This document shows, piece by piece, positions 17,360 through 26,618 of a stretch of DNA of 32,000 nucleotides; position 1 is the first letter of the stretch; the number at the start of each line of letters is the position of its first letter. Source of the DNA: Gemmata obscuriglobus (GTDB lineage: Bacteria; Planctomycetota; Planctomycetia; Gemmatales; Gemmataceae); assembly GCF_008065095.1 (NCBI RefSeq), contig NZ_CP042911.1, forward strand, positions 2,820,001 through 2,852,000. Reading direction: 5' to 3'. Made by a program: the position numbers and the translations under genes. A model generated the notes under the pieces. That model saw only the letters and a list, made by a program, of their open reading frames with translations, was not told where the DNA came from and ran no database searches.

Positions 17360-18571
17360 TCAATCGACCTTTTTGGAGCCCGCCTCGCCGGGCGGTACTC
17401 GCCACCGACGCACGGTTTTGTCCCAGCTCGCGGAGAACACGAACCGTCCGTCCCGGGTGAAACACACGCCCTGAACCCCGTCCTTGTGACCCTCGAACCG
17501 CTTCAACTCCCGACCGGATGCGAGATCCCAGATGCGTACCGTTCTGTCGTAACTCGCGGACGCGACCCGCTTGCCGTCCGGGCTGAGCGCGACGTGGTAC
17601 ACGTGTTCCTTGTGCCCCTCGAGTCGCTTCAGTTCTCGCCCCGAAGCCACGTCCCAGACGCAAACGGTTTTGTCGCGCGCGCCCGAGACCGCTGCCTCCC
17701 CGTCGGCAGTGACCGCGATCGTGTTGACCGCGGTACCGTTGTGCTTGTCGAACCCGCCGACCACGTCGCCGGTTTGCGCGTCGTATACGGTGACGGCGCC
17801 CAGGCCGCTGCCGGCCAGCACGTGCGTCCCGTCCGGAGCTACCGCCACGCTTTCCACCGAAGCCTTTGCGGCCCCGTACTGCTTTACCTCTTGACACGCT
17901 ACCAGATCCCACGCGCGGCACGTTTTGTCGCTGCTCCCGGAGATCAGCGTTTTACCGTCGGCGGTCAGCGCCAGACCCCGGACAGCGGCCGCGTGGCCGT
18001 TGAGCTTGGCGAGCTCCTTGCCGGTCTTCAGGTCCCAGATGCGGATCGTACTGTCGCCGCCCGCGGTCACCGCTTTCGACCCGTCGGGAGTGACCACCGC
18101 GCTGCCGACCCACGCCGTGTGCCCTTCAAGCACCCGGAGCGGTTTCCCGGTTGATGCGTCCCAGAGGCGAACCGTGCGGTCGTTGCCCGCCGAGATGAGC
18201 GTCCGGCCGTCGGGCGTGACGGCCACCGCCGCTACTGCACTTGTGTGCCCTGATAATGCGAGTGTGAACAGGTCCGGGTTCTGTTTCTCGATTTCCTTGA
18301 GGCGTTCGGTCGGTACCCGATTTTGGTTGCCGGTGGTCACCGCTGTTACTGCGCCGTGCCACCTGGTGGCGCCGCGCCGGTCCGCGGGTTCCACCTTGGT
18401 ATCCGTTCCGGCCGATGCGTCGGCCATTTTGAACACGTCACCGCTTACCTCGACGGCTCTGACGCCTTGCGCGGGCGATGCTTCGGCCGCGGCAACCGCT
18501 GACGCCAACCTCACCAGAGTGAGCGCGAGCAGTGCGGCGGTCGCGCAGGCCGGGATGAGTGAACCGGCCAC
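17360..18571 (-). CDS. secreted WD40 repeat protein
   Basis: GTG 18569-18571 with GGAGG 6 nt upstream gives signal peptide (M)[30 protein letters not shown]. Followed by repeats of the type GHTSAV...SPDG...SGSxDxTxRxWD. The rest of the 638-aa ORF is antisense to pdxA. Confidence 0.82.
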   Translation of the reverse strand: MAGSLIPACATAALLALTLVRLASAVAAAEASPAQGVRAVEVSGDVFKMADASAGTDTKVEPADRRGATRWHGAVTAVTTGNQNRVPTERLKEIEKQNPDLFTLALSGHTSAVAAVAVTPDGRTLISAGNDRTVRLWDASTGKPLRVLEGHTAWVGSAVVTPDGSKAVTAGGDSTIRIWDLKTGKELAKLNGHAAAVRGLALTADGKTLISGSSDKTCRAWDLVACQEVKQYGAAKASVESVAVAPDGTHVLAGSGLGAVTVYDAQTGDVVGGFDKHNGTAVNTIAVTADGEAAVSGARDKTVCVWDVASGRELKRLEGHKEHVYHVALSPDGKRVASASYDRTVRIWDLASGRELKRFEGHKDGVQGVCFTRDGRFVFSASWDKTVRRWRVPPGEAGSKKVD

Positions 18572-18658
18572 AGCGGGCCTCCGGAAGGGAAGGCGGCGGG
18601 CCGTACAATGACGCGTGCGACGCCCGCGTTCGATCCGCACGCAAGAAACGGTAGCACG

Positions 18659-19621
18659 ATGTCCGCACGTCCGCGAATCGCAGTCACCATGGGCGATCCG
18701 GCCGGGGTCGGCCCGGAGCTGTGCCTCCGGCTCCTCCGGAGCGAAGAGGTTCGCGAGCTGTGCGAGCCCGTTGTGTACGGCGCCCTCGGCTTGTTGCGGC
18801 GCGTTGCGACTCACTTGAACTGGCCGGAACCCGATCCGGCCGCCGTTCGCGATCTCGCCACGGTTGACGGCGGGTGCGACGCGATCGTACCCGGGCGCGT
18901 GTCCGCGGCGTGCGGGGCCGCTGCCTACCGCTACTTTACCACCGCCATTGATGACGCCCTGGTCGGTCGGATCGACGCCATCGCGACCGCGCCGCTGCAC
19001 AAGGAGGCGTTGCACGCGGCGGGCTTCCCGTTCCCGGGTCATACTGAGATCCTCGCGACCCGCACGACCGCCGAGCGGTCGTGCATGATGCTCACCGCGG
19101 AAGCGATCACGTGCAGCCTCGTTACGGTCCACGTTGGCTACCGTGAGGTTCCCGGGCTCCTCACCGTCGAGCGCATCTGCGACACGATCGAACTGACCGC
19201 GGACGCGATGCGCCGCATCCGCGGGCGCGACCCGCGACTCTTGGTGTGCGGGCTGAACCCGCACGCCGGCGAGCACGGGCTGTTCGGCGACCGCGAGGAG
19301 GAGCGGCTCATCGTGCCCGCGATCGAGGCGTCACGCGCGAAGGGCATCGACGTGAGCGGCCCGCTCCCGCCCGACACCGCCTTCTTGCCGAAGCACCGTG
19401 CGCGGTGCGACGCTTACGTGTGCATGTACCACGACCAGGGGCTGATACCGCTGAAGGCGCTCGCGTTCGAGGATGCCGTCAACGTGACACTCGGGCTTCC
19501 GATCGTGCGCACCAGTGTCGATCACGGCACGGCGTTCGACATCGCGTGGCAGGGCGTCGCGGACGTTTCCAGTTTAATTCAGGCGGTGAAACTGGCCGTG
19601 AAGCTGTGCCGCGCGGTTTGA
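18659..19621 (+). CDS. pdxA: 4-hydroxythreonine-4-phosphate dehydrogenase
   Basis: [45 protein letters not shown] and [14 protein letters not shown] motifs. Confidence 0.9.
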   Translation: MSARPRIAVTMGDPAGVGPELCLRLLRSEEVRELCEPVVYGALGLLRRVATHLNWPEPDPAAVRDLATVDGGCDAIVPGRVSAACGAAAYRYFTTAIDDALVGRIDAIATAPLHKEALHAAGFPFPGHTEILATRTTAERSCMMLTAEAITCSLVTVHVGYREVPGLLTVERICDTIELTADAMRRIRGRDPRLLVCGLNPHAGEHGLFGDREEERLIVPAIEASRAKGIDVSGPLPPDTAFLPKHRARCDAYVCMYHDQGLIPLKALAFEDAVNVTLGLPIVRTSVDHGTAFDIAWQGVADVSSLIQAVKLAVKLCRAV

Positions 19622-20122
19622 GCGGAACGCCGCTCCCTACTCATCAGATGGCAGCGACGACCGGTGCGGAGGGAGGCTGTCCCAATTGTCGACCGTAACC
19701 AAGGCGCATCTCAATATCCCACATTGGTTTGCAGCCGCGGCTGCGCCCGGCCGGGCACTCCGTGCCATTTGAACTTTGGACGCAACACGCGCCCGAGATG
19801 TCGCTCAACGTTCTGATTGGCCCATTTCAACCGATGCAACCGATACAATTGGAGCCCTGTTTGGCGTCACCGCACCGCCGCCAACGTGCCACTTCGAAGC
19901 CACTTTTTTGCCATCAGTTGTGGTAGCTCCGCGGCACTGGCGGTGCGAGGCACGCCTTCCGGCTTCGGAAACGTGAACTCGTGGGTTCGTGCATCGGGCT
20001 CGTGAACCTGCCCTACCTGTCGGGCGGTCCCTTTCGGCGTAACATGCTCTCTGCGGCGCCCGGGAGGTTCCGGCTGTACGTCCGGGTGCCACGGGTGCCG
20101 CTCACGAAAAGGCATCTCCATC

Positions 20123-21985
20123 ATGGCGACCGAAGCGGAACTCAAGGCGGCGGGCGAAAAGTACATCCCCAAGGACTACGACCCGGCGCTGTACAAGCTC
20201 CGGCACTCGCTGGCGCACGTGCTGGCGCAGGCAGTGGTCGAGAAGTTCCCGCAAGCCAAACCCACCATCGGGCCGCCCAACGAGTACGGCTTCTACTACG
20301 ACTTCGACCTCGACGTGAACCCGACCGAGGGCGAGCTGGAGTGGATCGCCAACCGGATGAAGCAGATCATCAAAGGCAAACACGCCTTCAAGGTGCGCGA
20401 GATCAGCGCCGACGAGGGGCGCGCACTGTTCAAGGACAACCCGTACAAGCTCGAACTGATCGACGGCCTCACCAAGGGACAGGACGAGTACGGCAACGCC
20501 TCCGCCGCCGCGCCGGTGCTCACCGTCTACCAGCAGGACACCTTCGTCGACCTGTGCCGCGGCCCGCACGTCGAAGCCACCAACGACCTGGACCCGAAGG
20601 GCTTCAAGATCCAGCAGGTGACCGGTTCGTACTGGCGCGGGGACAGCAAGAATAAGTCCCTCAAGCGGTTCCACGCGACCGCGTGGGCATCGGGCGACGA
20701 CCTCAAAGCCCACCTCGCGCGGCTCGAAGAGGCGGCCAAACGCGACCACCGCAAAGTGGGCCGCGAACTGGACCTGTTCGCCAACGAGCCGGTGTTCGGC
20801 TCGGGCTTCCCGATGCTGCTCCCGAAGGGCGCGACCATCCGCCGGCTGCTCGAAACCTTCATCACCGACTACGAGCGCCGGGCCGGATACCTGCACGTGT
20901 TCACCCCGGACATCGCGAAGAAGGAACTGTACAAGATCTCGGGCCACTGGGACCACTACAAGGACAGCATGTTCCCGCCGATGGACATGGGGGAGGGCGG
21001 GAACGACGACGAAGAGCTGTGCCTGCGGCCGATGTGCTGCCCGCACCACATCCAGGTGTACAAGAGCAAGGCCCGGAGCTACCGCGACCTGCCGATCCGG
21101 ATCGCGGAACTGGGCAACATGTACCGGTTCGAGCGGAGCGGGGTGGTCGGCGGCCTGTCACGAGTTCGGTGCATGACCCTCAACGATGCGCACCTGTTCG
21201 TGCGCCCGGACCAGGTGAAGCACGAGATCGCCGGCGTGCTTCAGTTGATGAAGAAGGCCTATGCGGACCTCGGCATCACCGAGTACCGGTTCCGGCTGTC
21301 GAAGAACGCGGACCCGGACGGCCCGCCGTCGGACAAGTACGTCGACAACCCGGCCATGTGGGAGAGCAGCACCAAGATGCTGCGCGAGGTGCTGCAGGAA
21401 AGCGGGATGCCGTTCTTCGAGGCGTGGAACGAGGCCGCGTTCTACGGCCCGAAGATCGACGTGCAGGTGAAGGACGTGATGGGGCGCGAGGAGACCCTCA
21501 GCACCATCCAGGCCGACCAGCACCTGCCGGCGAAGTTCGAGCTGGAGTACAAGGACAGCGACGACACCCCGAAGCGCCCGGTGATGATCCACCGCGGCGT
21601 GATCTCCACCATGGAGCGGATGATGTCGTACCTGATCGAGCTGTACGCGGGCGCGTTCCCGGTGTGGCTGGCGCCGGTGCAGGTGGCGATCGTGCCCATC
21701 GCGGACCGCCACTTCGCGTTCGCGCAGAAGCTCGGCGACGAACTCCTCGACAAGGATTACCGCGTGGACGTGGACCTGGGCGACAAGCGGATGCAGGCGA
21801 AGATTCGCGACGCTCAGCTCCAGAAGATCCCGTACATCCTGGTGATCGGCGACAAGGAAATGGAAGCGAACGCGGTCGCGGTGCGGCTGCGCGACGGCAC
21901 CGACCTCGGGGCCAAGCCGGCTGCGGAGTTCGTCGCCATGCTCGAAGCGGTGGCGAAGTCGCGCACGCTGAAGCTGCTGCCGTAG
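20123..21985 (+). CDS. thrS: threonine--tRNA ligase, without N-terminal TGS domain
   Basis: RHSLAHVLAQAV, GFYYDFDL, CRGPHV, YWRGDS, AAKRDHRKVGRELDLF, HWDHYKDSMF, RVRCMTLNDAHLF, AFYGPKID, MIHRGVISTMERM, WLAPVQV. Confidence 0.93.
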   Translation: MATEAELKAAGEKYIPKDYDPALYKLRHSLAHVLAQAVVEKFPQAKPTIGPPNEYGFYYDFDLDVNPTEGELEWIANRMKQIIKGKHAFKVREISADEGRALFKDNPYKLELIDGLTKGQDEYGNASAAAPVLTVYQQDTFVDLCRGPHVEATNDLDPKGFKIQQVTGSYWRGDSKNKSLKRFHATAWASGDDLKAHLARLEEAAKRDHRKVGRELDLFANEPVFGSGFPMLLPKGATIRRLLETFITDYERRAGYLHVFTPDIAKKELYKISGHWDHYKDSMFPPMDMGEGGNDDEELCLRPMCCPHHIQVYKSKARSYRDLPIRIAELGNMYRFERSGVVGGLSRVRCMTLNDAHLFVRPDQVKHEIAGVLQLMKKAYADLGITEYRFRLSKNADPDGPPSDKYVDNPAMWESSTKMLREVLQESGMPFFEAWNEAAFYGPKIDVQVKDVMGREETLSTIQADQHLPAKFELEYKDSDDTPKRPVMIHRGVISTMERMMSYLIELYAGAFPVWLAPVQVAIVPIADRHFAFAQKLGDELLDKDYRVDVDLGDKRMQAKIRDAQLQKIPYILVIGDKEMEANAVAVRLRDGTDLGAKPAAEFVAMLEAVAKSRTLKLLP

Positions 21986-22162
21986 GAACGTATCCGGTCG
22001 AACCGCCTATAAGGACTTCCGGTCAAAAGTTCGCTCGTCGAATGTCGTAACGTCACAAATTCAGTAGGGGCAAAAGCCCTGTGGCTTTATGACTTGCTGA
22101 CCTGACGACTTCTGACCGGTAGACCTAAGCCTGATACCCTTCATTAAGTGTGAGGTTTGCGT

Positions 22163-22211
22163 CTCCGCGGGTTGTGATTGCAAGACGGTCGCGCAACCAC
22201 AACCCGCGGAG
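22163..22211. repeat. 19-bp inverted repeat (one mismatch) with 11-nt loop
   Basis: ctccgcgggttgtgattgc / gcaaccacaacccgcggag. No U-tract on either strand. Confidence 0.7.
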
Positions 22212-22237
22212 GCCGCGTCGCTTTCCGTGCCCGGTGC

Positions 22238-22732
22238 TTACCTGGCAGAAGCTTCGACCTGTTGCACGGGGCAGAGTGCGGGCACGCTTGCCATAACCTC
22301 GCGCGAGAGTGTGGCGAGTACGGCGCCGGCGCGAGTGTGGCAAATACGTCTGGCAATTGGGTTGCGGTGCTTGTGGGCCGGGGCCACAGCCGTCGGCGTT
22401 GAACTGGTGAGACCCGCGATCTCGTGGGGCCGAGGACTGGTTCCTTTCGGGTTCGCACCATACTTCGATGCGGAGGCACCCGCCGCCTGGTCCCGATACA
22501 TCTGGAATGCCGCTTCGGCGGCGATGAGGCGCTTCCACGGGTACGGGGACCGCCGGTCGTCGCGGACGAACGCTTCTAAAACCGCATTATCGTTGGTTCG
22601 GTAGCGCAAGCTGGCGTTCGCGTTAACCGCCCGGCAGATTACGTCAGAGGCAAATTGATTTGTCTTGGATAATGAGTGTTGGCGCGATGGCACTTCGTGC
22701 ATCGTTGTATCGAACCGGCCATCATCGAACAC
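22238..22732 (-). CDS. hypothetical protein or decayed gene remnant in a GC-depressed region
   Basis: The central part has GC-rich third positions and a balanced composition (AFVRDDRRSPYPWKRLIAAEAAFQMYRDQ). The N-terminal codons are AT-rich, no family is recognised, and a plus-strand ORF (22227-22604) competes. Confidence 0.3.
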   Translation of the reverse strand: MFDDGRFDTTMHEVPSRQHSLSKTNQFASDVICRAVNANASLRYRTNDNAVLEAFVRDDRRSPYPWKRLIAAEAAFQMYRDQAAGASASKYGANPKGTSPRPHEIAGLTSSTPTAVAPAHKHRNPIARRICHTRAGAVLATLSREVMASVPALCPVQQVEASAR

Positions 22733-22772
22733 GCCTGATACATGAACCCATCTGCGGTGCCGCTTTCTTGAC

Positions 22773-22834
22773 GAGCCGCGACCGCCCGGGAGCGGGATAC
22801 GTCACCCGCTCCCGGGCGGTCGCGGCTCGTTTTC
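22773..22834 (+). terminator. perfect 24-bp-stem hairpin followed by GTTTTC (intrinsic-terminator-like, plus strand)
   Basis: gagccgcgaccgcccgggagcggg, loop atacgtca, cccgctcccgggcggtcgcggctc, then gttttc. Confidence 0.55.
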
Positions 22835-22917
22835 AAACGTTACAACCAGCCACGGGTACGTGGTTAGAGTCCCGGCGGCGCGCCCGGAGCGACCGCCGAT
22901 ATTCGGAAGACAGCGCC

Positions 22918-22948
22918 GCGAACGATTTGGTTCGTTCGCAGCCTTTTT
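22918..22948 (+). terminator. 8-bp hairpin followed by a T5 tract
   Basis: gcgaacga-tttggt-tcgttcgc, then agccttttt. Confidence 0.35.
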
Positions 22949-23059
22949 GGCCCGTTTCGGGTGCTTGAGGGGAGTAAATCGCCGGCGCTCGGCGTTACAG
23001 AACTGGCGGACCGGCCGCGGGGCGCCGGCCCGCATCTCGACTTCCGGAGGACGGTACCG

Positions 23060-23290
23060 ATGACGACCCCTCAACCGTGCGCCCGGTGCGGCAACGAGAT
23101 CCCGGCGGAGCGCCTTCAGGCGCTCCCCGAGACGCAGGTGTGTGTGGCGTGCAGCCGCGCGATGGGCGGTGAGTTCACGGTGTACGTAACGCCCGAGCGC
23201 ATCAGCAAGGAAGGGAGCCTGAAGAAGAACTACGGCGGCTACACCACCCGCAAGGTGCGCAAGCCTATCAAACCCGCGGGTGGCGAGTAG
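23060..23290 (+). CDS. TraR/DksA-family C4 zinc-finger protein (76 aa)
   Basis: GGAGG 9 nt upstream of ATG 23060. CARCGNEIPAERLQALPETQVCVACS gives the CxxC...CxxC finger. Confidence 0.8.
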   Translation: MTTPQPCARCGNEIPAERLQALPETQVCVACSRAMGGEFTVYVTPERISKEGSLKKNYGGYTTRKVRKPIKPAGGE

Positions 23291-23303
23291 CGCCGCGGCC
23301 CGG

Positions 23304-24611
23304 TCAGCCGACGGACACGAAGTTGGTGTTGAGCCGGTCGATGCTCCCGCTGATCGGGAGCTTGACACCGGTTCGCCCGTTGTACGATCCGTAGATCGAG
23401 GACTCGCCGGCGATGATGTCGGCCAGTCCGTCCCCGTCGGCGTCGACGGCCGCCAGGGCGACGAACGCAACGGTCGGAGTCGTGCGGGTGTCGAGGAAGC
23501 TGAGCGACTCGGCGTTGGTTTTGCCGTCGAACACCTTGATGTGTCCGGCGGCGGGCGCGCCGGTGATGATGTCCGCGAACCCGTCCCCGTTCACGTCCCC
23601 CGCAGCCACCAGCGCCGGCCCGGTGTACCCGGAGTAAGCCAGGAAGCTGCGCACCTCGGCGTTGGTTTTCCCATCGAACACCTTTACGTGACCGTTGATA
23701 CCGGCCCCGGTGATGATGTCCGCGACTCCGTCCCCGGTCACGTCCGCCGCGGCCACGTCCACCGCGCCCGGGAAGCCCGGGTACGCCAGGAACGAGCGCA
23801 GTTCGGCACCCGTCGCCCCGTCGAACACCTTCACGTGCGCGTTAATATCGGCCCCGGTGATGATGTCCGCGACTCCATCACCGTTCACATCACCCGCGGC
23901 CACGCGCACCGCCCCGGGGTACCCGGGGTACGCCAGGAACGAGCGAAGCTCGGCCCCCGTCGCCCCGTCCAGCACCTTGACGTGCCCGTTCACCGACGCG
24001 CCGACGATCACATCCCGGATGCCGTCGCGGTTGATGTCCCCGAGGGCCACCGACAACGTTCCGTTGAACCCGGCGAACGGGACGAACGACGATCGGAACC
24101 CGGTCGGCAGGATCTCGCTCGCGTTCGCAGCGGAAATGTTCACCGTCGTCTGTTGGGGAGAGGCGAACTGCGAGGGGGGCTGGGCCGATGCGACCAGCGT
24201 TCCGTCGTCGTCGAAGATCGTAGCGGTGGCCGACACCGACGTGCCGAGCGTCGCCCCGCCGGTCGGGTTCGACAGGGTGAACGTCGCGGTTTCGGTCGGC
24301 TCCTTGCGCGTGTCGTCAGTAACCGGGACGGTAACGACCTTCGTCACCTCTCCGGGCGCGAACGTCACGGTGAACGGCCCGGCGGCGAAGTCGGTTCCAG
24401 AAGTCGCGGTGCCGCCGGTCGCGGTAAGCGTGGCCGACACTATGCCATCGGACCCGTCGGTGCGAATGACGGTCACGTTGACGGCGGCACCGGGAGTCTC
24501 AAACGCATTACCCGCGAACGAGATCTCCATCACCCCGGCCGCGGGCACCGTTCGGTCCTCGAACGGCTCGCAGTTGAGCCGGGCACGCAGAGGGGAAGGA
24601 AGAAAAGACAT
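23304..24611 (-). CDS. Calx-beta + FG-GAP/VCBS repeat protein with EDR-type N-terminal leader
   Basis: AGGAG upstream of ATG 24609-24611. N-terminus is MSFLPSPLRARLNCEPFEDRTVPAAG. Calx-beta: TATSGTDFAAGPFTVTFAPGEVTKVVTVPV...ATIFDDD. Five units of the type GDVNGDGVADIITGA..NGHVKVFDG.TGAELRSFLAYPG. Confidence 0.88.
   Translation of the reverse strand: MSFLPSPLRARLNCEPFEDRTVPAAGVMEISFAGNAFETPGAAVNVTVIRTDGSDGIVSATLTATGGTATSGTDFAAGPFTVTFAPGEVTKVVTVPVTDDTRKEPTETATFTLSNPTGGATLGTSVSATATIFDDDGTLVASAQPPSQFASPQQTTVNISAANASEILPTGFRSSFVPFAGFNGTLSVALGDINRDGIRDVIVGASVNGHVKVLDGATGAELRSFLAYPGYPGAVRVAAGDVNGDGVADIITGADINAHVKVFDGATGAELRSFLAYPGFPGAVDVAAADVTGDGVADIITGAGINGHVKVFDGKTNAEVRSFLAYSGYTGPALVAAGDVNGDGFADIITGAPAAGHIKVFDGKTNAESLSFLDTRTTPTVAFVALAAVDADGDGLADIIAGESSIYGSYNGRTGVKLPISGSIDRLNTNFVSVG
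23400..24060 (-). repeat. intragenic tandem repeats of about 147 bp (FG-GAP units)
   Basis: cggtgatgatgtccgcga... recurs at 23561, 23708 and 23855 (147-nt spacing). Diverged copies lie near 23408 and 24002. Confidence 0.85.
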
Positions 24612-24896
24612 TCGGACGATCTCCTGATATTTTTGCCCGCCGGAGCCACCATTTGCCACGCCGGTAAAGTCTAATTTTGTAACCGCTTGTGGCAACGTCT
24701 CGGACCGAAACCGTCGGTTCGTGCTCGAACGTCGCTGATGACGTGAACCGAGCCATCAGCGGCTATCGTCTACCAGAAGTTGAGCGCAGGGGTTGGCGGG
24801 CGCGATCCGGCCGACCGCAGTTCGGGAGCGGGTTTGCGTACTTTCGTTGCAAACCGCAGCGCGATTGAAGGGTTGGCGAGCAAGTGCATTGAGCGG

Positions 24897-25697
24897 TCAG
24901 ACGTGGTCGTCCGGACGGTTGTCCATGTCCGCGTCCAGGAAACTGCGCAACTCGGCTCCGGTCATCCCGTCGAAAAGCTTCCGGTGCGTCGATCCAATGG
25001 CGAAGGTGCTGATGTCGTTGCCGCCATCGAGTGCGGGTTCGTAACCCAGGCCGATGCTGCCGGTGAACCCCGCATACGCGAAGTAGCTCGTGACCTCTTT
25101 GCCGGTCCGGCCGTCGAACACCTTGACGTGCCCGTTAACGTCCGCGCCAGTTACGATGTCGGCAACACCGTCTCGGCTGACATCGACCGACAGGACGTTG
25201 ACCGACCCGACGTAGCCGGAGTACGCGAAGAACGAGCGAACTGCTTCCCCGGTTCGGCCGTCGAACACCCGGACGTGTCCGTTGGTGCCGGCCGCGGTCA
25301 CAATGTCGCTGGGGCCATTACCGTTGGTGGCGGTAACGCTGAGGGAGACCGAGCCGGTGTAGCCGGGGTACGCGATGAAGCTGCGCAGTTCCGCGCCGGT
25401 CCGGCCGTCGAACACTTTAACGTGCCCGTTAATGCCGGCCATGAAAACGTAATCCCAAACGCCGTCCCCGCTGACATCAGCGCTAGCGGCCACCGCACCT
25501 CCCCCGTCGTAGCCCGCAAAGACTTGGGCGAAGGAAGGGACCGAGGCGCGCGGGTAAAAGGCGAATGCGTCCTCGCCTTCAATGCGCACTTCCGTGGGCG
25601 GTTCGGCCGAGGTGACGGTTGATGACGGCGTCAGGCGGTCTTCGAGCGCCTCGGCTCTGAGTCGGGCACGCAGGTTCGGGGCGCGAAGAGCAGACAT
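24897..25697 (-). CDS. FG-GAP/VCBS repeat protein with EDR-type N-terminal leader (paralog of 23304-24611)
   Basis: ATG 25695-25697 gives MSALRAPNLRARLRAEALEDRLTPSS, followed by repeats INGHVKVFDGRTGAELRSFIAYPGYTG and similar. Confidence 0.85.
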   Translation of the reverse strand: MSALRAPNLRARLRAEALEDRLTPSSTVTSAEPPTEVRIEGEDAFAFYPRASVPSFAQVFAGYDGGGAVAASADVSGDGVWDYVFMAGINGHVKVFDGRTGAELRSFIAYPGYTGSVSLSVTATNGNGPSDIVTAAGTNGHVRVFDGRTGEAVRSFFAYSGYVGSVNVLSVDVSRDGVADIVTGADVNGHVKVFDGRTGKEVTSYFAYAGFTGSIGLGYEPALDGGNDISTFAIGSTHRKLFDGMTGAELRSFLDADMDNRPDDHV

Positions 25698-25856
25698 TTC
25701 AAATCCCAGCGCAATTTCACCATCAAGATCGGCCGAATCGGCTGACCCAGGGTTGGCATTGTAATTGGACGATAGCGGCACTCCGGAGGTGCGCCAATAC
25801 GGCTCTTCTTTGCGGGAATCGCGAATGTGCCAATGTTATCGTCTTGTGCGCTACCA

Positions 25857-26615
25857 TCACCCGGCCCGGAGCGCCGGGCCGGAGCCGGTCGTGTCGTGCG
25901 GGCCGGTGTGATACCGTTGCTCGCGCAAGGCGGTCGCGGCGTGCAGGTCGCGGTACATGCGGTCGAAAATGTAGGCGCCCAGTTCCAGGCCCTGATCGAC
26001 GAAGTAGCGGCGCGTGCCGTTCTGCCACCCGGGCTCCACCACTGCGAAGAACTCTTCGGCGTGGCGCTCGTCGATCTCCGCGTGCAACTTGTAGTGAACG
26101 AGTTGTTCCGCCGCAACCCACCCGTTATCGACCACCGCGCGGCCGATCAGGGCCGAAATGCCCGCGAACGCCTGCTCGATCACCCCCATACACGCCACGC
26201 CGATGTCGAGGTCGTCGAGCACACAGGCGGCGGTGAGCACGCTGTTGAACGCCCGCACCTCGGGCCAGATCATGAGGTCGTCGAGCCGCTCCGGGGCCGC
26301 CCCGATGGTGCGCAGGAACTGCTGGAACGTGGTGTGGTGGAACTGGCTCTCGTTGAACTCGCCGTGCTCCTCGACCAGGTTGTGGAGGATGTCGAGCCGC
26401 TGCTTCGGGTCCGGGATGCGGCCCACGAGCGCGGCCATCGGCCGCGGGAAAAACGTGACCGCGAAGAAGAACTGTTCCTGGGTCCGGCGGAACGCGTCCA
26501 GGGACATCGTTCCGCTCCGGAGGTCGCGGAAGTACGGGTTCGCCATGATCCCGGACCGCTCCAGCACCTCGGTCGCACGGGCCGTGACGCCCGGTGCGCG
26601 GCTGACTTCGCTCAT
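25857..26615 (-). CDS. heme-oxygenase-like diiron oxidase / iron-containing redox enzyme family (CADD/PqqC-like fold)
   Basis: All-helical sequence with carboxylate/His clusters HNLVEEHGEFNESQFHH, GVIEQAF and HYKLHAEIDERHAEEF. Start is 3 nt after the upstream stop. Confidence 0.7.
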   Translation of the reverse strand: MSEVSRAPGVTARATEVLERSGIMANPYFRDLRSGTMSLDAFRRTQEQFFFAVTFFPRPMAALVGRIPDPKQRLDILHNLVEEHGEFNESQFHHTTFQQFLRTIGAAPERLDDLMIWPEVRAFNSVLTAACVLDDLDIGVACMGVIEQAFAGISALIGRAVVDNGWVAAEQLVHYKLHAEIDERHAEEFFAVVEPGWQNGTRRYFVDQGLELGAYIFDRMYRDLHAATALREQRYHTGPHDTTGSGPALRAG

Positions 26616-26618
26616 GGG

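Noticed and set aside
18572-19276. Upstream extension of the WD40 ORF to 638 aa.
   Set aside because: The extension is antisense to the well-supported pdxA gene. GTG 18571 has a GGAGG site and produces a proper signal peptide.
20040-20122. Small hairpin ccgg-ctgtacgt-ccgg upstream of thrS as a possible tRNA-Thr anticodon-arm mimic (E. coli-style autoregulation).
   Set aside because: The stem is only 4 bp with an 8-nt loop and no proper 7-nt anticodon-loop geometry. This is too weak to claim.
22660-22968. 102-aa plus-strand ORF (and its minus-strand counterpart 22639-22836) spanning the 24-bp palindrome.
   Set aside because: Both strands translate to near-identical SRDRPGAG..SRSRAVAA strings purely because of the palindrome, which is not evidence of coding.
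23280-25622. Plus-strand ORFs 23280-24674 (464 aa), 23695-24627 and 24780-25622, antisense to the FG-GAP genes.
   Set aside because: These are repetitive Arg/Gly/Val-rich translations that simply mirror the FG-GAP repeat periodicity. The minus-strand products have clear domain motifs and Shine-Dalgarno-preceded starts.
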